Source: Bacillota bacterium (GTDB lineage: Bacteria; Bacillota_I; Bacilli_A; RF39; UBA660). Taken from it: a stretch of 64,000 nucleotides of DNA. The notes under the pieces were generated by a model. That model was not told where the DNA came from and did no database searches. It worked only from the letters and a program-made list of their open reading frames with translations. The position numbers and the translations under genes are program-made. Location of the stretch: positions 36,698 through 100,697 of the forward strand of contig SVAK01000002.1 in assembly GCA_015059445.1 (NCBI GenBank), given 5' to 3'. Of the stretch, positions 63,035-64,000 are shown piece after piece (position 1 is the first letter of the stretch; the number at the start of each line of letters is the position of its first letter).

Positions 63035-63890
63035 TTTCAACTCGTCCAGTAATACCACAAGATAAATATAAGTCAGTATTTTCAATTGGTAAACACAAAT
63101 CATCTACTAATACTTTTTTATTTTTAAAATTTATTTTTAAAATGTTTTCTAAACTAACGCTAGGTAAATTGGTCGAATATGTATTAATAATAAAGAATAA
63201 AAAATTATCATTTAAAATTTCGATACATAATTTAATTAAACTTTCTAAATCATTTTCTAATGACCAAATTTCTCCATTAGCTCCTCTTCCATAACTAGGA
63301 GGATCCATGATAATTGCATCGTATTTATTACCTCTCCGTATTTCTCTTTTAACAAATTTCACTACATCATCAACTAGATATCTAATAGGCTTATCTTCTA
63401 AATGATTTAGCTTAACATTTTCTTTAGCCCAATCAGTCATTCCTCTAGAGGAATCAACATGAGTTACTGATGCACCAGCAGATAAACATGCTACTGATGC
63501 TGCTCCGGTATACGCAAATAAATTTAAAACTTTAATATCTCGGTTAGCGTTTTTAATTTTGTTTATTGCAAAATCCCAATTTGTCGCCTGTTCCGGGAAC
63601 AATCCCGTATGTTTAAAGCCCATTTCTTTAAGTAAAAATCTTAAATTTTTATAATTTACTACCCAAGATTCTGGTGTTTTTATTTTATTTTCCCAGTGCC
63701 CGCCTCCGGTATTGCTTCTATGATATACTGCATTTATCTTAAAATCACTAAAATCACCTAAATCCCATGTAATAACTGGATCTGGTCTAAGCAATAAAAC
63801 ATTTTTCCAGCTTTCTAACTTCATGCCTTTACTTGTTTTTAAAATTTTATAATCTTGCCAATCATTACTTACTAACATATTTTCACCCAC
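63027..63890 (-). CDS. Class I SAM-dependent methyltransferase (RlmI/YwbD-like)
   Basis: KHTGLFPEQ, VLNLFAYTG, MDPPSY. Confidence 0.88.
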   Translation of the reverse strand: MGENMLVSNDWQDYKILKTSKGMKLESWKNVLLLRPDPVITWDLGDFSDFKINAVYHRSNTGGGHWENKIKTPESWVVNYKNLRFLLKEMGFKHTGLFPEQATNWDFAINKIKNANRDIKVLNLFAYTGAASVACLSAGASVTHVDSSRGMTDWAKENVKLNHLEDKPIRYLVDDVVKFVKREIRRGNKYDAIIMDPPSYGRGANGEIWSLENDLESLIKLCIEILNDNFLFFIINTYSTNLPSVSLENILKINFKNKKVLVDDLCLPIENTDLYLSCGITGRVENE

Positions 63891-64000
63891 AAAATTATTA
63901 TACTACAAAAAAGAAAAATCACATATTGATTTACATTTTATTTTTAGGTTTTCCAATCGCTAACATCAATGATGCGCTTCTTAAATGTGCTAAAAGAAAA

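Overview
Very AT-rich chromosomal window from a small-genome, cell-walled, probably spore-forming Bacilli lineage. An RF39-like gut clade is my inference; genetic code 11 is in use. The backbone is housekeeping and sporulation genes (rnj, sufB, uppS, rluB, trmB, ppaC, ltaS, gltX-cysS, tex, spoVS, yunB, dacB-spmAB, cse60) plus eight tRNAs. Accessory DNA sits at three tRNA 3' ends. (1) The end of an ICE-like element at tRNA-Asn carries parA-parB-rep and a thioester-domain adhesin that the ORF track missed. (2) A ~5 kb element at tRNA-Thr is bounded by GCACCA repeats and carries a large serine recombinase, a Panacea antitoxin paired with a MazF-fold toxin, a divergent HAD-like protein and an oriT-like noncoding block. 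(3) A region after tRNA-Gly carries a type-2 IleRS with an atypical HHGT motif, preceded by a 14-aa leader peptide rich in AUA isoleucine codons and attenuator hairpins rather than a recognisable T-box. Other oddities are a cold-shock-domain gene coupled to a 1173-aa orphan, a ferredoxin with a metallothionein-like tail, and a SOD/DUF362 deletion scar. All family calls come from motif recognition by eye; no database searches were run.
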